Source: Candidatus Hydrogenedentota bacterium (GTDB taxonomy: Bacteria; Hydrogenedentota; Hydrogenedentia; Hydrogenedentales; SLHB01). From it: a stretch of 64,000 nucleotides of DNA. The stretch is taken from contig BTWA01000001.1 in the NCBI GenBank assembly GCA_045863295.1, positions 212,337 to 276,336 on the forward strand. The letters run 5' to 3'. Position 1 is the first letter of the stretch. The number at the start of each line of letters is the position of its first letter. The translations under genes were made by a program, and so were the position numbers. This document shows, piece by piece, positions 49,901 to 59,329 of this stretch. The notes under the pieces were generated by a model, which saw only the letters and a program-made list of their open reading frames with translations, ran no database searches and was not told where the DNA came from.

Positions 49901-50341
49901 ATGAAAGAACAGAAGCGGGCACATGTACGTCACAATGCGGGTTTCACGCTCATGGAACTCATGATCGTAATTGTGATTCTTGGGATGCTGGCCGCCGTCG
50001 TCGTGCCCAACATGCTGGGGATTGCGGATCAAGGCAAGGTTACGGCGGCGAAGGCCCAGATCCATTCGTTTCGCCAGGCGCTGACGATGTACAAGCTGGA
50101 GATGAGCAAGTTGCCGACGTCGGCCGAAGGCCTGGATGCCCTCATCAGCAACGGCAAAAAGAATTTTCTCGATCAGGAGGCGCTTCCGTTGGATCCGTGG
50201 GGCAATCCGTATGTGTACCGTTGCCCCGGGTCGGATGGCCGCGATTACGAGATCATGAGTTACGGCGAAGACGGTGTCGAGGGCGGATCTGACTACGCGG
50301 CGGACATCAAGAGTTGGCTCTTGGGCGAAAAAGAGACGTGA
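49901..50341 (+). CDS. gspG: Major pseudopilin GspG
   Basis: G|FTLMELM, GLDAL, DPWGNPY, SYGEDG..GG..ADI. Confidence 0.95.
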   Translation: MKEQKRAHVRHNAGFTLMELMIVIVILGMLAAVVVPNMLGIADQGKVTAAKAQIHSFRQALTMYKLEMSKLPTSAEGLDALISNGKKNFLDQEALPLDPWGNPYVYRCPGSDGRDYEIMSYGEDGVEGGSDYAADIKSWLLGEKET

Positions 50342-50351
50342 GCACATCGTA

Positions 50352-51116
50352 ATGTACCGGCAAAGGCGGCAAAGCGGTTTTACGCTGTTTGAATTGGCGG
50401 TGGTGATTGCGCTGGTGGCAGTCGTCATGGCCGTTGCGTTGCCGCAGCTTGCTCCGGCGCTTACGACCGGCAAGTTGGAAGGCGCGGCACGGCGTCTCGC
50501 CGGTTATGGCCGGGCCGCGCTGGCGCATTCCGCATTTTCCAAAGAGCCGTTGGTTTTTCGCATTGATATGGACAAGGGCGAGTATTGGACGGTTCGACGC
50601 ATCGTCAAGGAGGATTCGCTTTTTCTGGAAGAGGAAGAGGCGTCCGACGACGAGGAAACCGCCAAGCAGCCACTTACCAAGGACGTATTGCTGGAAGTGC
50701 TGAGCGAGGGGTCGGTTGACGAACAAAGCGAGCGGCTGATTGAGATTGAGCGGCAGTTTGACGATTACTTCCGGTTTGGTCTTGAGGCACGGGCGCGCAA
50801 CGTCAAACACGACGGGCTGCTTGCGGGGATCAACCCGCTTGAAGACGCCGAGTTCAAGTTGAAAGACGACGAAGGGGAGATTGAAGAGGAGATCAAGATC
50901 AGTCTCCTCGAGCGGACCTACGTGCCGCCCGATGTGCGGATTCAGCGGGTGATCATCGGGGCCGAAGAATTTACCAAGGGCATCGTGGATATCGAAGTAA
51001 CCCCCATGGGCCTTTATGAAACGGTCGAAGTGGAAGTCGGGTCGGAAGAAGGCGGGCTGTATCGCATCACGCTGGATCCGATTACCGGCGGCACCCATTT
51101 GGCCCGAGAGGAGTGA
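50352..51116 (+). CDS. gspH: Minor pseudopilin GspH-like
   Basis: G|FTLFEL N-methylation motif, C-terminal LDPITGG; follows gspG. Confidence 0.75.
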   Translation: MYRQRRQSGFTLFELAVVIALVAVVMAVALPQLAPALTTGKLEGAARRLAGYGRAALAHSAFSKEPLVFRIDMDKGEYWTVRRIVKEDSLFLEEEEASDDEETAKQPLTKDVLLEVLSEGSVDEQSERLIEIERQFDDYFRFGLEARARNVKHDGLLAGINPLEDAEFKLKDDEGEIEEEIKISLLERTYVPPDVRIQRVIIGAEEFTKGIVDIEVTPMGLYETVEVEVGSEEGGLYRITLDPITGGTHLAREE

Positions 51117-51121
51117 CTCCC

Positions 51122-51775
51122 ATGCCGAGGACACCGCATCGCCGCGAGCGGGGATTTACGTTGGTGGAGATCCTGGTGGCGCTTTCCATTCTCGCGGGAT
51201 CGCTTTTCATATTACTCGAAACGCACTATGCCGGTTTGAACGCGCGGGTCACGCTGCGCGAGAAGGCGCTTGTGCAAGGCTTGCAGGCCAAGGCCATGGG
51301 CGTTGCGGAAACCGACGTGCTGGCGGGCACGCTCACGGGCGAGGGCGATTTTGGGAAGCGGTACCCTGAATTCACTTACGATTTCGAGGCGGCTACCATT
51401 GGCGAATCGCTTCCCGGCCTGTACGAAGTCGTTGTCCGCGTGAATCAGGAAGATAACGAGCCTCTGGAAACGCGGTTCTTCGTCTATTCCTCCCTGTTGG
51501 CCATGGAGACGTATGCGGCGACGGGCGGCGGCGGATTGACGGCTTCCGGCGACTCCATTCAGAACGGCGGGGGCATGACGGGTACTCCGCAGGGCGGCCG
51601 CGGGGGCCGCGGCGGGCAAGGCGGCAACCAGGGTCAGGGCCGCGGCCGTGGCGGCGCGGGTGGATTTGATATCAACAGCCTTCCCCCGAACATACGTGAT
51701 CGCATTCCCCAAAACATCGATCCCGCCATGATAGAACGCGCGCAGCAGATGATGCGCCAGCGAGGCAGACGATAA
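51122..51775 (+). CDS. gspI: Minor pseudopilin GspI-like with long C-terminal tail
   Basis: G|FTLVEILVAL; operon position. Confidence 0.75.
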   Translation: MPRTPHRRERGFTLVEILVALSILAGSLFILLETHYAGLNARVTLREKALVQGLQAKAMGVAETDVLAGTLTGEGDFGKRYPEFTYDFEAATIGESLPGLYEVVVRVNQEDNEPLETRFFVYSSLLAMETYAATGGGGLTASGDSIQNGGGMTGTPQGGRGGRGGQGGNQGQGRGRGGAGGFDINSLPPNIRDRIPQNIDPAMIERAQQMMRQRGRR

Positions 51776-52728
51776 TGCGCCGTCGCGGCTTTACCCTGAT
51801 CGAAATACTGATCGCGGTGACGATACTCGCCGTGATTCTGTCCGTCTTGTATGCAAGCTTCGCCAGCGTGACCAGTACGATGGGCGCCACGCGGGTGTCG
51901 ACCGAGGAATTGCGGTTGCGTCAGTTTCTGGAGCGCAGTTTTACGACAAATCTGGCGTCGGTCTTTGTAGACGCGCGCGTATCCGATCCGATGTTGCAAT
52001 TCGTCGGCGTCAACGAAGAAGACAGCAACGGTCCGCGAGATGCGATCCGGTTCGTGTCAACGGCAACGCAGATTGGCGGGCGCGCGCTTCCGGGCGATCT
52101 CAAAGAAGTCCGCTACATGGTGCAGGGAACCGACTCCGAGTTCGACGCCAGTCTTTTTATGGATGACTCCCAGGAGCTTGACATGCCCATGTTGACCGCG
52201 ATCGAGACGCCGGTGCTTGGGTCCAACATGTCCGAATACTTCGCCGACGAGGAATCCGAGACCATTGAAGCGATCGACCCGACCCAGCCGCTGGACGAGG
52301 CGTTCGGCACCGGCGTGATGGAGCAGACCGTGGAGGCGCCTCATTGGAGCGTGCCGGTGCGGTCGCTCGACATCCAATACTTTGACGGTCTTGAGTGGCA
52401 GGAGGAATGGAACTCGCTGGAGATTGGGCGGCTTCCGTGGGCGGTCCGGGTCCGTGTGAATTTTGCGCGCACGGAGGAATATCTGAAGGCGGAAGGCAAT
52501 CAATTCGATCTGGAAGAGGATCCCGATTTCGATCTGGTCGTTTCATTGCCGGCGGGTTCGGGTATGTTGCAGGACGCGCGGACGCAGGAAGACATGGAGC
52601 AGGCGCAAGAAGATGCAGCCGATCAGGCCGCGCAAGGCGACGGCGAAACGCCCGGCGGTCAGGAAGGCGACATTGCACCGGAAAACACGAGCACCTACCG
52701 GCCTTCCGACGGGGGAGAGCCGAAATGA
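51775..52728 (+). CDS. gspJ: Minor pseudopilin GspJ-like
   Basis: G|FTLIEILIA; YFDG..WQEEWNS..LPWAVRV. Confidence 0.82.
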   Translation: MRRRGFTLIEILIAVTILAVILSVLYASFASVTSTMGATRVSTEELRLRQFLERSFTTNLASVFVDARVSDPMLQFVGVNEEDSNGPRDAIRFVSTATQIGGRALPGDLKEVRYMVQGTDSEFDASLFMDDSQELDMPMLTAIETPVLGSNMSEYFADEESETIEAIDPTQPLDEAFGTGVMEQTVEAPHWSVPVRSLDIQYFDGLEWQEEWNSLEIGRLPWAVRVRVNFARTEEYLKAEGNQFDLEEDPDFDLVVSLPAGSGMLQDARTQEDMEQAQEDAADQAAQGDGETPGGQEGDIAPENTSTYRPSDGGEPK

Positions 52729-53792
52729 GCGATCGTATTTCCCATACGTCCCGGCGTCCGGATGAAGGCATCGCCTTGTTGCTGGTGCTTCTGTTCGTGG
52801 TGTTGTTGTCGGTGATCGTGGTGGAATTCAGTTACGAGACGCAAGTGGAGGCATCTCAGGTAGGCGCTTCGTTGCAGGACTTCGAAGCCTACTCGGCTGC
52901 CAAGTCGGGGATTTCCTCCGGCCTTTCCCTGCTGATGGGTGACATGATGGGCATCTCTCCCACCGACGAGCAGGGCAGTACGCAGAGCGCCGAACTGGAT
53001 CAGGCATTTCAGGGAGGCACGGAGTCCGACAGTTTGTTCGAGCCCTGGGCTTCGGGCGTGGCGTTTCAGGAGATCAACAATGCGGTGATGCGTTGTTCGA
53101 TCGACGACGAGTACGGAAAGATCAACGTGAACGCCATTGTGGACAGCCGGTCGGGAGAGACCAACGTGGTCGTGGCGGAGGCGTTGCGCGTCTTGTTTAT
53201 CACGCGCGGCGCGGAGTTTGATCCGGTCGATGCGATCATAGACTGGGTGGATGCCGACGACAGTGCTTCTCCAAACGGCGCGGAGATGGACTACTACATG
53301 GGCCTTGACGTGCCATACGGACCGAAGAACGGGCCGATGGGTTCCGTGGAAGAGCTTCTCCTTATCCACGGCGTAACCACCGACGTGTTTTTCGGCGACC
53401 CCGAACAGAACCAGGTGCCGCTGACCGAGTTGTTGACGGTATTTGGAGACCGGCGCGGCCGGGTCAATGTGAACACCGCCGAACCCGAGGTGCTCGACGC
53501 CATCGGGCAGGCGGCCGGGATGCCGGGGCTGATGGATCTGGTGCTATCGCAGCGCGAAACCATGCCGTTCATGAGTTCCGAGGATTTGCAGGCCCGTGGC
53601 GTGACGTTGGGCGAGCAGGCGGGCGGCCAAGGCCAGATACGAAATCCGTTCATCGTCAACACGCGCGTGTTCCGGTTGTACGGCGACGGACTTTCCGGCG
53701 AATCGCGCGTGCGCGTTGAAGCCTATGTGCGCCGTTATCCGCAATCGGCGGATTCGCCTTTGCGCCTGCTGCAGTGGAGGGTTATTCGTTGA
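52725..53792 (+). CDS. gspK: Minor pseudopilin GspK
   Basis: G|IALLLVL, DEYGKINVN, IIDWVDAD, GAE..YY, EELLLIHG, VNVNTA. Confidence 0.92.
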   Translation: MSDRISHTSRRPDEGIALLLVLLFVVLLSVIVVEFSYETQVEASQVGASLQDFEAYSAAKSGISSGLSLLMGDMMGISPTDEQGSTQSAELDQAFQGGTESDSLFEPWASGVAFQEINNAVMRCSIDDEYGKINVNAIVDSRSGETNVVVAEALRVLFITRGAEFDPVDAIIDWVDADDSASPNGAEMDYYMGLDVPYGPKNGPMGSVEELLLIHGVTTDVFFGDPEQNQVPLTELLTVFGDRRGRVNVNTAEPEVLDAIGQAAGMPGLMDLVLSQRETMPFMSSEDLQARGVTLGEQAGGQGQIRNPFIVNTRVFRLYGDGLSGESRVRVEAYVRRYPQSADSPLRLLQWRVIR

Positions 53793-55342
53793 AGTTACGG
53801 GCGCGCATGGGCGGCATCCTCTTGGCCGGCGACGAGGTTCGGATCGCGGTCGTAAAGACCGGGGGAAAGGTACCCGCATTGCAGGAGGCGCATGCGGCGC
53901 GCGCGGTATACAACGACCCCGAGGGCCGCAGCGAGGCTATCGTGCTCGCCATCCGGGATGTGGTGAGCAAGGTCAAGAACAAGCCTGCCTTGTATGTATT
54001 GTGCGAAAGCGCGCAGTATGCGATCACGCGCACGCTGAACGTTCCTTTCAAAGGGCGATCCAAAGTGAGTTCGGCGGTGCCTTTCGAGCTGGAACAATAC
54101 ATTGCTTTTCCGCTGGAACAGTTGGTTGTGGACCATGCCACCGTAATGGAAAGCGGCAACGCGACCGAAGTGTTGGCCGTCGCGTTGCGGCGCACGCGGC
54201 TGGACGAGCAACTGGCCCTGCTTCAAGCCGCCGGCGTCGAGGCCGAAAGCATAGGTCTTGACGCAGCCGGTTTGACGACGCTCTGGATGGCCGGGCGCAA
54301 GACCTTTGCCGGCCTGCACGCGGCGTTGCACGTGCAGGATACCGGCGGCGTGCTGGTGGTTACCTTCAATAAGACCATCGCCTATCTCCGTCCGGTTCAG
54401 TGGACTCCCGAGACCTTTTTTGCGAACGCGGAATCCGCCGGGCGCGAAGTGCAGAATTCGCTTCGCGCGTTTCAGAGCCAATGGAAAGGCGAAGGCAGCG
54501 TCGAAGACATCACCTTGACGGGCGTGGAACCGGGTCCGGCGGAGTGCACGGAGTTTGAGCGCTGCATTCAGATACCGGTCATTTATGAGAATCTGATTCG
54601 TCACGTCAAAGGCGGTTCGATCGTGGAAGAGGCTGTGCAATCGCCGGGGTACGAGAGCGCGGGCGAAGCGTCGGCGGGAAGTGCCCAGAGCCGTTGGGCG
54701 GCGGTGATTGGTGTGGCAGCCGGGAGCGCGGGCGGCGCCTGCACCTTTGAATTTCGCAAAGGCGATCTTGCGCCTGAAGGCACCGGCCGAATGATTGGCG
54801 CGCACGCGGTGTTTTCCGCGGCGTTGTTTGCGGTGGTTGCGCTTGGCTTTGGCCTGTATTGCTATCTGGACTACCGGCAGAACGCCAAGGAATTGGATCG
54901 CATCGGCACCAAGGCGTGGGAGACCTTCGCGGAAACATTTCCGGCGTCGCAGTACGTGGCGGGTGGGCGGCCCTCGTCGGATGTCGGCGGATCGATTGTG
55001 CTTCAGATGATGGAAGAAGAAACCAACAAGGCGTTGGGCGAGGGCGAATTGCTTGCCGTTGATGTGCTCAGCCAGCCGACCTTGCTCGATATGCTCCAGG
55101 AGATTGCCAAAAGTCTGCCGCCGGACCGCATACTGGTCACCGATGTGGCCGTACGCGCGGTGGGTGGCAAGGGGCAAACAATCACGATCAAAGGGCAGGT
55201 TCTCGATCAGGCCGCGTCGGCCCACGTGCTCGAGCCGTTCAAAGATTCGGAATTGCTGGCGGCCGATGGCGCTCCGCTTATCGCGCAAAAGGGCGACAAG
55301 ACGGAATTCACGATTCTAGCCGTGACGAAACCGAAGGGATAA
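53789..55342 (+). CDS. gspL: T2SS protein GspL (actin-like cytoplasmic domain plus periplasmic domain)
   Basis: LNVPF..VPFELEQYIAFP, single TM, EFRKG; TTG start after GGAGG overlaps the gspK stop. Confidence 0.8.
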   Translation: MKLRARMGGILLAGDEVRIAVVKTGGKVPALQEAHAARAVYNDPEGRSEAIVLAIRDVVSKVKNKPALYVLCESAQYAITRTLNVPFKGRSKVSSAVPFELEQYIAFPLEQLVVDHATVMESGNATEVLAVALRRTRLDEQLALLQAAGVEAESIGLDAAGLTTLWMAGRKTFAGLHAALHVQDTGGVLVVTFNKTIAYLRPVQWTPETFFANAESAGREVQNSLRAFQSQWKGEGSVEDITLTGVEPGPAECTEFERCIQIPVIYENLIRHVKGGSIVEEAVQSPGYESAGEASAGSAQSRWAAVIGVAAGSAGGACTFEFRKGDLAPEGTGRMIGAHAVFSAALFAVVALGFGLYCYLDYRQNAKELDRIGTKAWETFAETFPASQYVAGGRPSSDVGGSIVLQMMEEETNKALGEGELLAVDVLSQPTLLDMLQEIAKSLPPDRILVTDVAVRAVGGKGQTITIKGQVLDQAASAHVLEPFKDSELLAADGAPLIAQKGDKTEFTILAVTKPKG

Positions 55343-55352
55343 ACGAATCCGC

Positions 55353-55880
55353 ATGGCCCCCAATCTGTTCAGCCGGAAAATGGAGCGCCGCGAGCGAATC
55401 CTCGCCCTACTGGCGGGCGCGATCGCGCTGTTCATTGCGTATTACTACCTCCAGGAACCCTGGCGCGCCTACGCGCGATCGCACGGGCAGGTCGTAAGCG
55501 CGCGTCGCAATTTTGAGCTTGTGCAGGAAATGCAAAAGCGCGTCAACGAGGCGCAGCACCAGAAGGATGCCTTGCTGGCCCAACTCACGGGAGCCGCCAG
55601 TGTGGAATTGTGGGCCTACCTGACCGGTGTGGTGCGGGAGCAGGGCCTGGGGTCGCGCGCCGAGGTGGTCAGCAAACCCACGGCGGTTCGGGCCGGCGAT
55701 CGGATGTCGGCGGTACAACTCAGCATGCGCGGCATCAGCACCGAGGAATTGGTGAACGTGCTTCATCGCATCCACAGCGGGAACTACCCTGTCGCGTTAC
55801 AACAGTTACTCAGCCTCAAACCGTCCGCTGACGGCAAGGGTTTGGACTGCAACATGGTTCTCATTGCGCCCAAGCTTTGA
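55353..55880 (+). CDS. gspM: T2SS protein GspM
   Basis: RERIL plus TM, coil, LVNVLHRIH; last gene of the operon. Confidence 0.78.
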   Translation: MAPNLFSRKMERRERILALLAGAIALFIAYYYLQEPWRAYARSHGQVVSARRNFELVQEMQKRVNEAQHQKDALLAQLTGAASVELWAYLTGVVREQGLGSRAEVVSKPTAVRAGDRMSAVQLSMRGISTEELVNVLHRIHSGNYPVALQQLLSLKPSADGKGLDCNMVLIAPKL

Positions 55881-55928
55881 CCGTTATTTCCGTGCTCCTC
55901 CCTTCGAATCTCGCATAAAAGAGTTTTC

Positions 55929-56286
55929 TTGACATTCCCGTGTTCCTCGGTAAGAATGAATCCTTGAATAATGGGTGGCCAGATCCGAGCAGGGTCTTGC
56001 CGCCGTAGGGGTATTTTCTGTTTGACCGGATTGACTTGGGACATTCTCTCGGGGTTCAGGGTTGAGGACGGGACGGGTCGCATCCACGATTCCCGCCGAT
56101 CATTCCAAGGCTGTGGCTGCAGGTTTGTGTTGGGAGATTCCGCACAAACGAGGCCGTTGTGGGTATTATTCGCAGTTTTGGACTTACAACAAGGTAATTG
56201 ATTGACAAAATAGCACCTAAGTGCAAGGATATCAACAACTAGTAGTAGTTTTTACATTGACTTTTCGCACGCCTCTCTGGTAGAGT
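55929..56286 (+). promoter_or_regulatory. Promoter region of the pilus operon with three -35-like hexamers
   Basis: TTGACA at 55929 and 56202; TTGACT-18 bp-TAGAGT at 56257-56286; AT-rich. Confidence 0.5.
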
Positions 56287-56315
56287 TAAGGTGCTGAAGG
56301 CGAGGGTTTTGGACT

Positions 56316-58202
56316 GTGACGAATCAAACCTCCTACAAACCGTTTGGCCAACGCTTGGTTGAGCGCGGCGTCATCACCCAGCAACAGTTGGATGAGGCGC
56401 TGCACAAGAAGCAGACCACGATGGCCCACCGGAAGCTCGGTGAAATCCTCGTCCGTCTCAATTACATCAGCAAGACCCACATTACCGAAGGCCTGGCCGA
56501 TCAACTCGACATCGAAATTGTGCGGATTTCCGACCGGGAGATTCCGGAGCGCATCCGCAATCTTATTGATCCCAGTATTGCCACGTTGTACCGCGTGATC
56601 CCATTGGGTGAAGAGGGGAACACGTTGGTGGTGGCCACGGCCGACCCGACGAACATCAACCAGATAGACAATCTGGAGCGGCTGCTTGAGCGTCCGATCC
56701 GCACCCACCTTGCGACGCCGGAAGAAATCACGGCGGCGCTGGGGAAGTACTACGGCATGGCCGAAAAGACGGTGGAGAGCATGTTGTCCACCGTGAGCAG
56801 CGCGAGCACGATGAGCACGCTGAGCACCATGTCGAACGTCAGTTCCATGTCGTCCATGAGCAGCGTGGGCAGCAGCATGTCGGCGAGCGACATCAGCCTG
56901 AGCAGCATCAGCATGGACAGCATCGAGATGGACGATGTGAAGACGCCGGGCGGCGCGACGGACGACATGGATGATGCGGACAGCCCGGTTGTCAAATACA
57001 TCAACAAGCTGATACTTGAAGCGTTCCGCCTTCGGGCGAGTGATATTCACGTGGAGCCGGGCAAGATCGATTTGAAGGTGCGTTACCGGATTGACGGTGT
57101 GTTGCACTTGATGCCGCCGCCTCCCAAGCGGGCGCAGAAATCGATCATATCGCGTCTGAAGCTGATGGCCGGCATGGACATCAGCGAACGCCGCATTCCC
57201 CAGGACGGCCGCATCAAGATCAATCTTGCGGGCAAGATGGTGGATTTGCGCGTCAGCGCGCTGCCGGCCGTGCACGGCGAATCCGTCGTGATGCGTATTT
57301 TGGACAAGAGCGGTCTGTTGTTGGGCGTGGGTCAGTTGGGCTTTTCGCCCGATGTGCAGCGGCTTTGGGAAGACATTCTGGCATCGGGCACGGGCGTGGT
57401 TCTGGTGACGGGCCCGACGGGTTCCGGCAAAACGACGACCCTGTACGCATCGCTGCACCAGTTGAACAAGTCCGACACCAAGTTGATCACGGTGGAAGAT
57501 CCCGTTGAATACCAGTTGACGGGTATTAATCAGGTACAGATCCACCACGACATTGGCTGGAACTTTGCGCGTGCGTTGCGCGCGATTTTCCGTCAGGACC
57601 CTGACATCGTGATGGTTGGTGAAATTCGTGACCAGGAAACGGCGGAAATCGCGATCAAGGCGGCGTTGACGGGTCACCTTGTGTTTTCGACCTTGCATAC
57701 GAACGACGCGCCGAGCGCGTTCCTTCGCCTGATCGACGTGGGCATTCGTCCGTTCCTGGTGGCCGCGGGTATTCGCGCGGTGCTGGGGCAACGGCTGGTG
57801 CGGACGATTTGCAGCAACTGCAAAGAAAGCTACACGCCGACCGATCTTGAAATAGAGCGCATGGCATTGCCCGACGTGGACTGGGCGCACGCGGAATTGT
57901 TTCACGGCAAGGGATGCGAGAACTGCAACAACACGGGATACTCCGGACGTCTGGGCGTGTACGAATTGCTGGTGAACACGGACGAAATCCGGACCATGAT
58001 TATGAGCGGCGCACCTTCCGGTCAGTTACGCCGGACGGCCCGAATCAACGGCATGCTTACGATGCGCGACGACGGCTGGCGCAAGTGTTTGAGCGGCATC
58101 ACGACCGTCGAAGAAGTAATCCGCGTGACGCAGCCGGACGAACCTATAAAGCGGATTCTGGGCGGAAACGGACAAGCGAAGGAGACGGTCCATGGCGTAT
58201 GA
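56316..58202 (+). CDS. pilB: Type IV pilus assembly ATPase (PilB/GspE family), copy 1, with Ser/Met-rich insert
   Basis: MshEN-like N-terminus, ASDIHVEP, GPTGSGKTT, FRQDPD, STLHTND, CSNC..CENC. Confidence 0.9.
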   Translation: MTNQTSYKPFGQRLVERGVITQQQLDEALHKKQTTMAHRKLGEILVRLNYISKTHITEGLADQLDIEIVRISDREIPERIRNLIDPSIATLYRVIPLGEEGNTLVVATADPTNINQIDNLERLLERPIRTHLATPEEITAALGKYYGMAEKTVESMLSTVSSASTMSTLSTMSNVSSMSSMSSVGSSMSASDISLSSISMDSIEMDDVKTPGGATDDMDDADSPVVKYINKLILEAFRLRASDIHVEPGKIDLKVRYRIDGVLHLMPPPPKRAQKSIISRLKLMAGMDISERRIPQDGRIKINLAGKMVDLRVSALPAVHGESVVMRILDKSGLLLGVGQLGFSPDVQRLWEDILASGTGVVLVTGPTGSGKTTTLYASLHQLNKSDTKLITVEDPVEYQLTGINQVQIHHDIGWNFARALRAIFRQDPDIVMVGEIRDQETAEIAIKAALTGHLVFSTLHTNDAPSAFLRLIDVGIRPFLVAAGIRAVLGQRLVRTICSNCKESYTPTDLEIERMALPDVDWAHAELFHGKGCENCNNTGYSGRLGVYELLVNTDEIRTMIMSGAPSGQLRRTARINGMLTMRDDGWRKCLSGITTVEEVIRVTQPDEPIKRILGGNGQAKETVHGV

Positions 58203-59310
58203 GATGGTCAGCCTGTTGCGCATGTTGATTGACCGTGAAGGGTCTGACCTTCATCTTGCTGTGGGCAACCCTCCGGTAGGCCGGGTTCACGGGCATTTGC
58301 AGTATTTTGGCGACGATCCGATGACATCCGACGACACCGAACGCCTGATGAAGAGTATTGCTTCGGTGGACAACCAGCAGGAATTGCAGGAAGTCGGCGG
58401 TTCGGACTTTGGGTTTGCGTTTGAAGACATTGCGCGTTTCCGCGTGTCCATCTTCAAACAGAAGGGCATGGTTGGGCTGGTGTTGCGGTTGATTCCGAAC
58501 CGCATTTTGACCTTTGAAGAAATCGGTTTGCCGCAGTCGTTGAAGAAGGTGATCAATCAGCCCCGCGGGTTGATCCTGGTGACCGGCCCGACGGGGTCGG
58601 GCAAGAGCACGAGCCTTGCGACGATGATCGACTGGCTCAACTCCGAAATGGACCATCACATTATCACGATCGAAGATCCGATCGAATATTACCACCACCA
58701 TAAGAAGAGCATTATCACGCAGCGCGAAGTGGGTGTGGACGTGCCGACGTTCTCCGAAGCGTTGCGGCGCGCGTTGCGGCAGGATCCGGACATCATTCTG
58801 GTCGGTGAAATGCGCGACCTGGATACGATCGGTGCGGCGGTGACGGCAGCTGAAACGGGCCACTTGGTGTTTGGCACGCTGCACACGACGGGCGCGGTGC
58901 GTACGATTGACCGGTTGGTGGACGCGTTTCCGACCAACCAACAGGAACAGATCCGCACGCAGCTTGCGGGTAACCTGAAGTCGATCATTTCGCAGACGCT
59001 GATTCCGCGCAAGAGCGGTTTCGGCCGCGTGGCGGCGTTTGAGGTGATGATCACGACGCCGGCCATTCAGAACCTGATTCGTGAGAACAAGTCGTACCGT
59101 ATTACGTCGGCCATTCAGACCGGCCACAAATACGGCATGAACCTTTTGGACGAACATTTGATTGCCCTTTACCGCAAGGGGCTGGTGAAATACGAAGACT
59201 GCCTGTCCAAATGCCAGATGCCGGAGGAGTTCGAAGCGAACGTGAAGGCATTGGCGGGCGGCCAGTCTCCCGGCGGGAAGCCGGGCGGCGGCGGATCCGC
59301 GGCGGCATAA
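58192..59310 (+). CDS. pilT: Type IV pilus retraction ATPase
   Basis: GSDLHL, GPTGSGKST, TIEDPIEY, QREVG, LRQDPDIILVGEMRD, AIQNLIRE. Confidence 0.95.
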   Translation: MAYEMVSLLRMLIDREGSDLHLAVGNPPVGRVHGHLQYFGDDPMTSDDTERLMKSIASVDNQQELQEVGGSDFGFAFEDIARFRVSIFKQKGMVGLVLRLIPNRILTFEEIGLPQSLKKVINQPRGLILVTGPTGSGKSTSLATMIDWLNSEMDHHIITIEDPIEYYHHHKKSIITQREVGVDVPTFSEALRRALRQDPDIILVGEMRDLDTIGAAVTAAETGHLVFGTLHTTGAVRTIDRLVDAFPTNQQEQIRTQLAGNLKSIISQTLIPRKSGFGRVAAFEVMITTPAIQNLIRENKSYRITSAIQTGHKYGMNLLDEHLIALYRKGLVKYEDCLSKCQMPEEFEANVKALAGGQSPGGKPGGGGSAAA

Positions 59311-59329
59311 GGCGGCGAGGTAGCGCACA

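Noticed and set aside
56234..56252. AACTAGTAGTAGTT as an NrdR box
   Set aside because: Central AT mismatched, single copy, no nrd genes nearby
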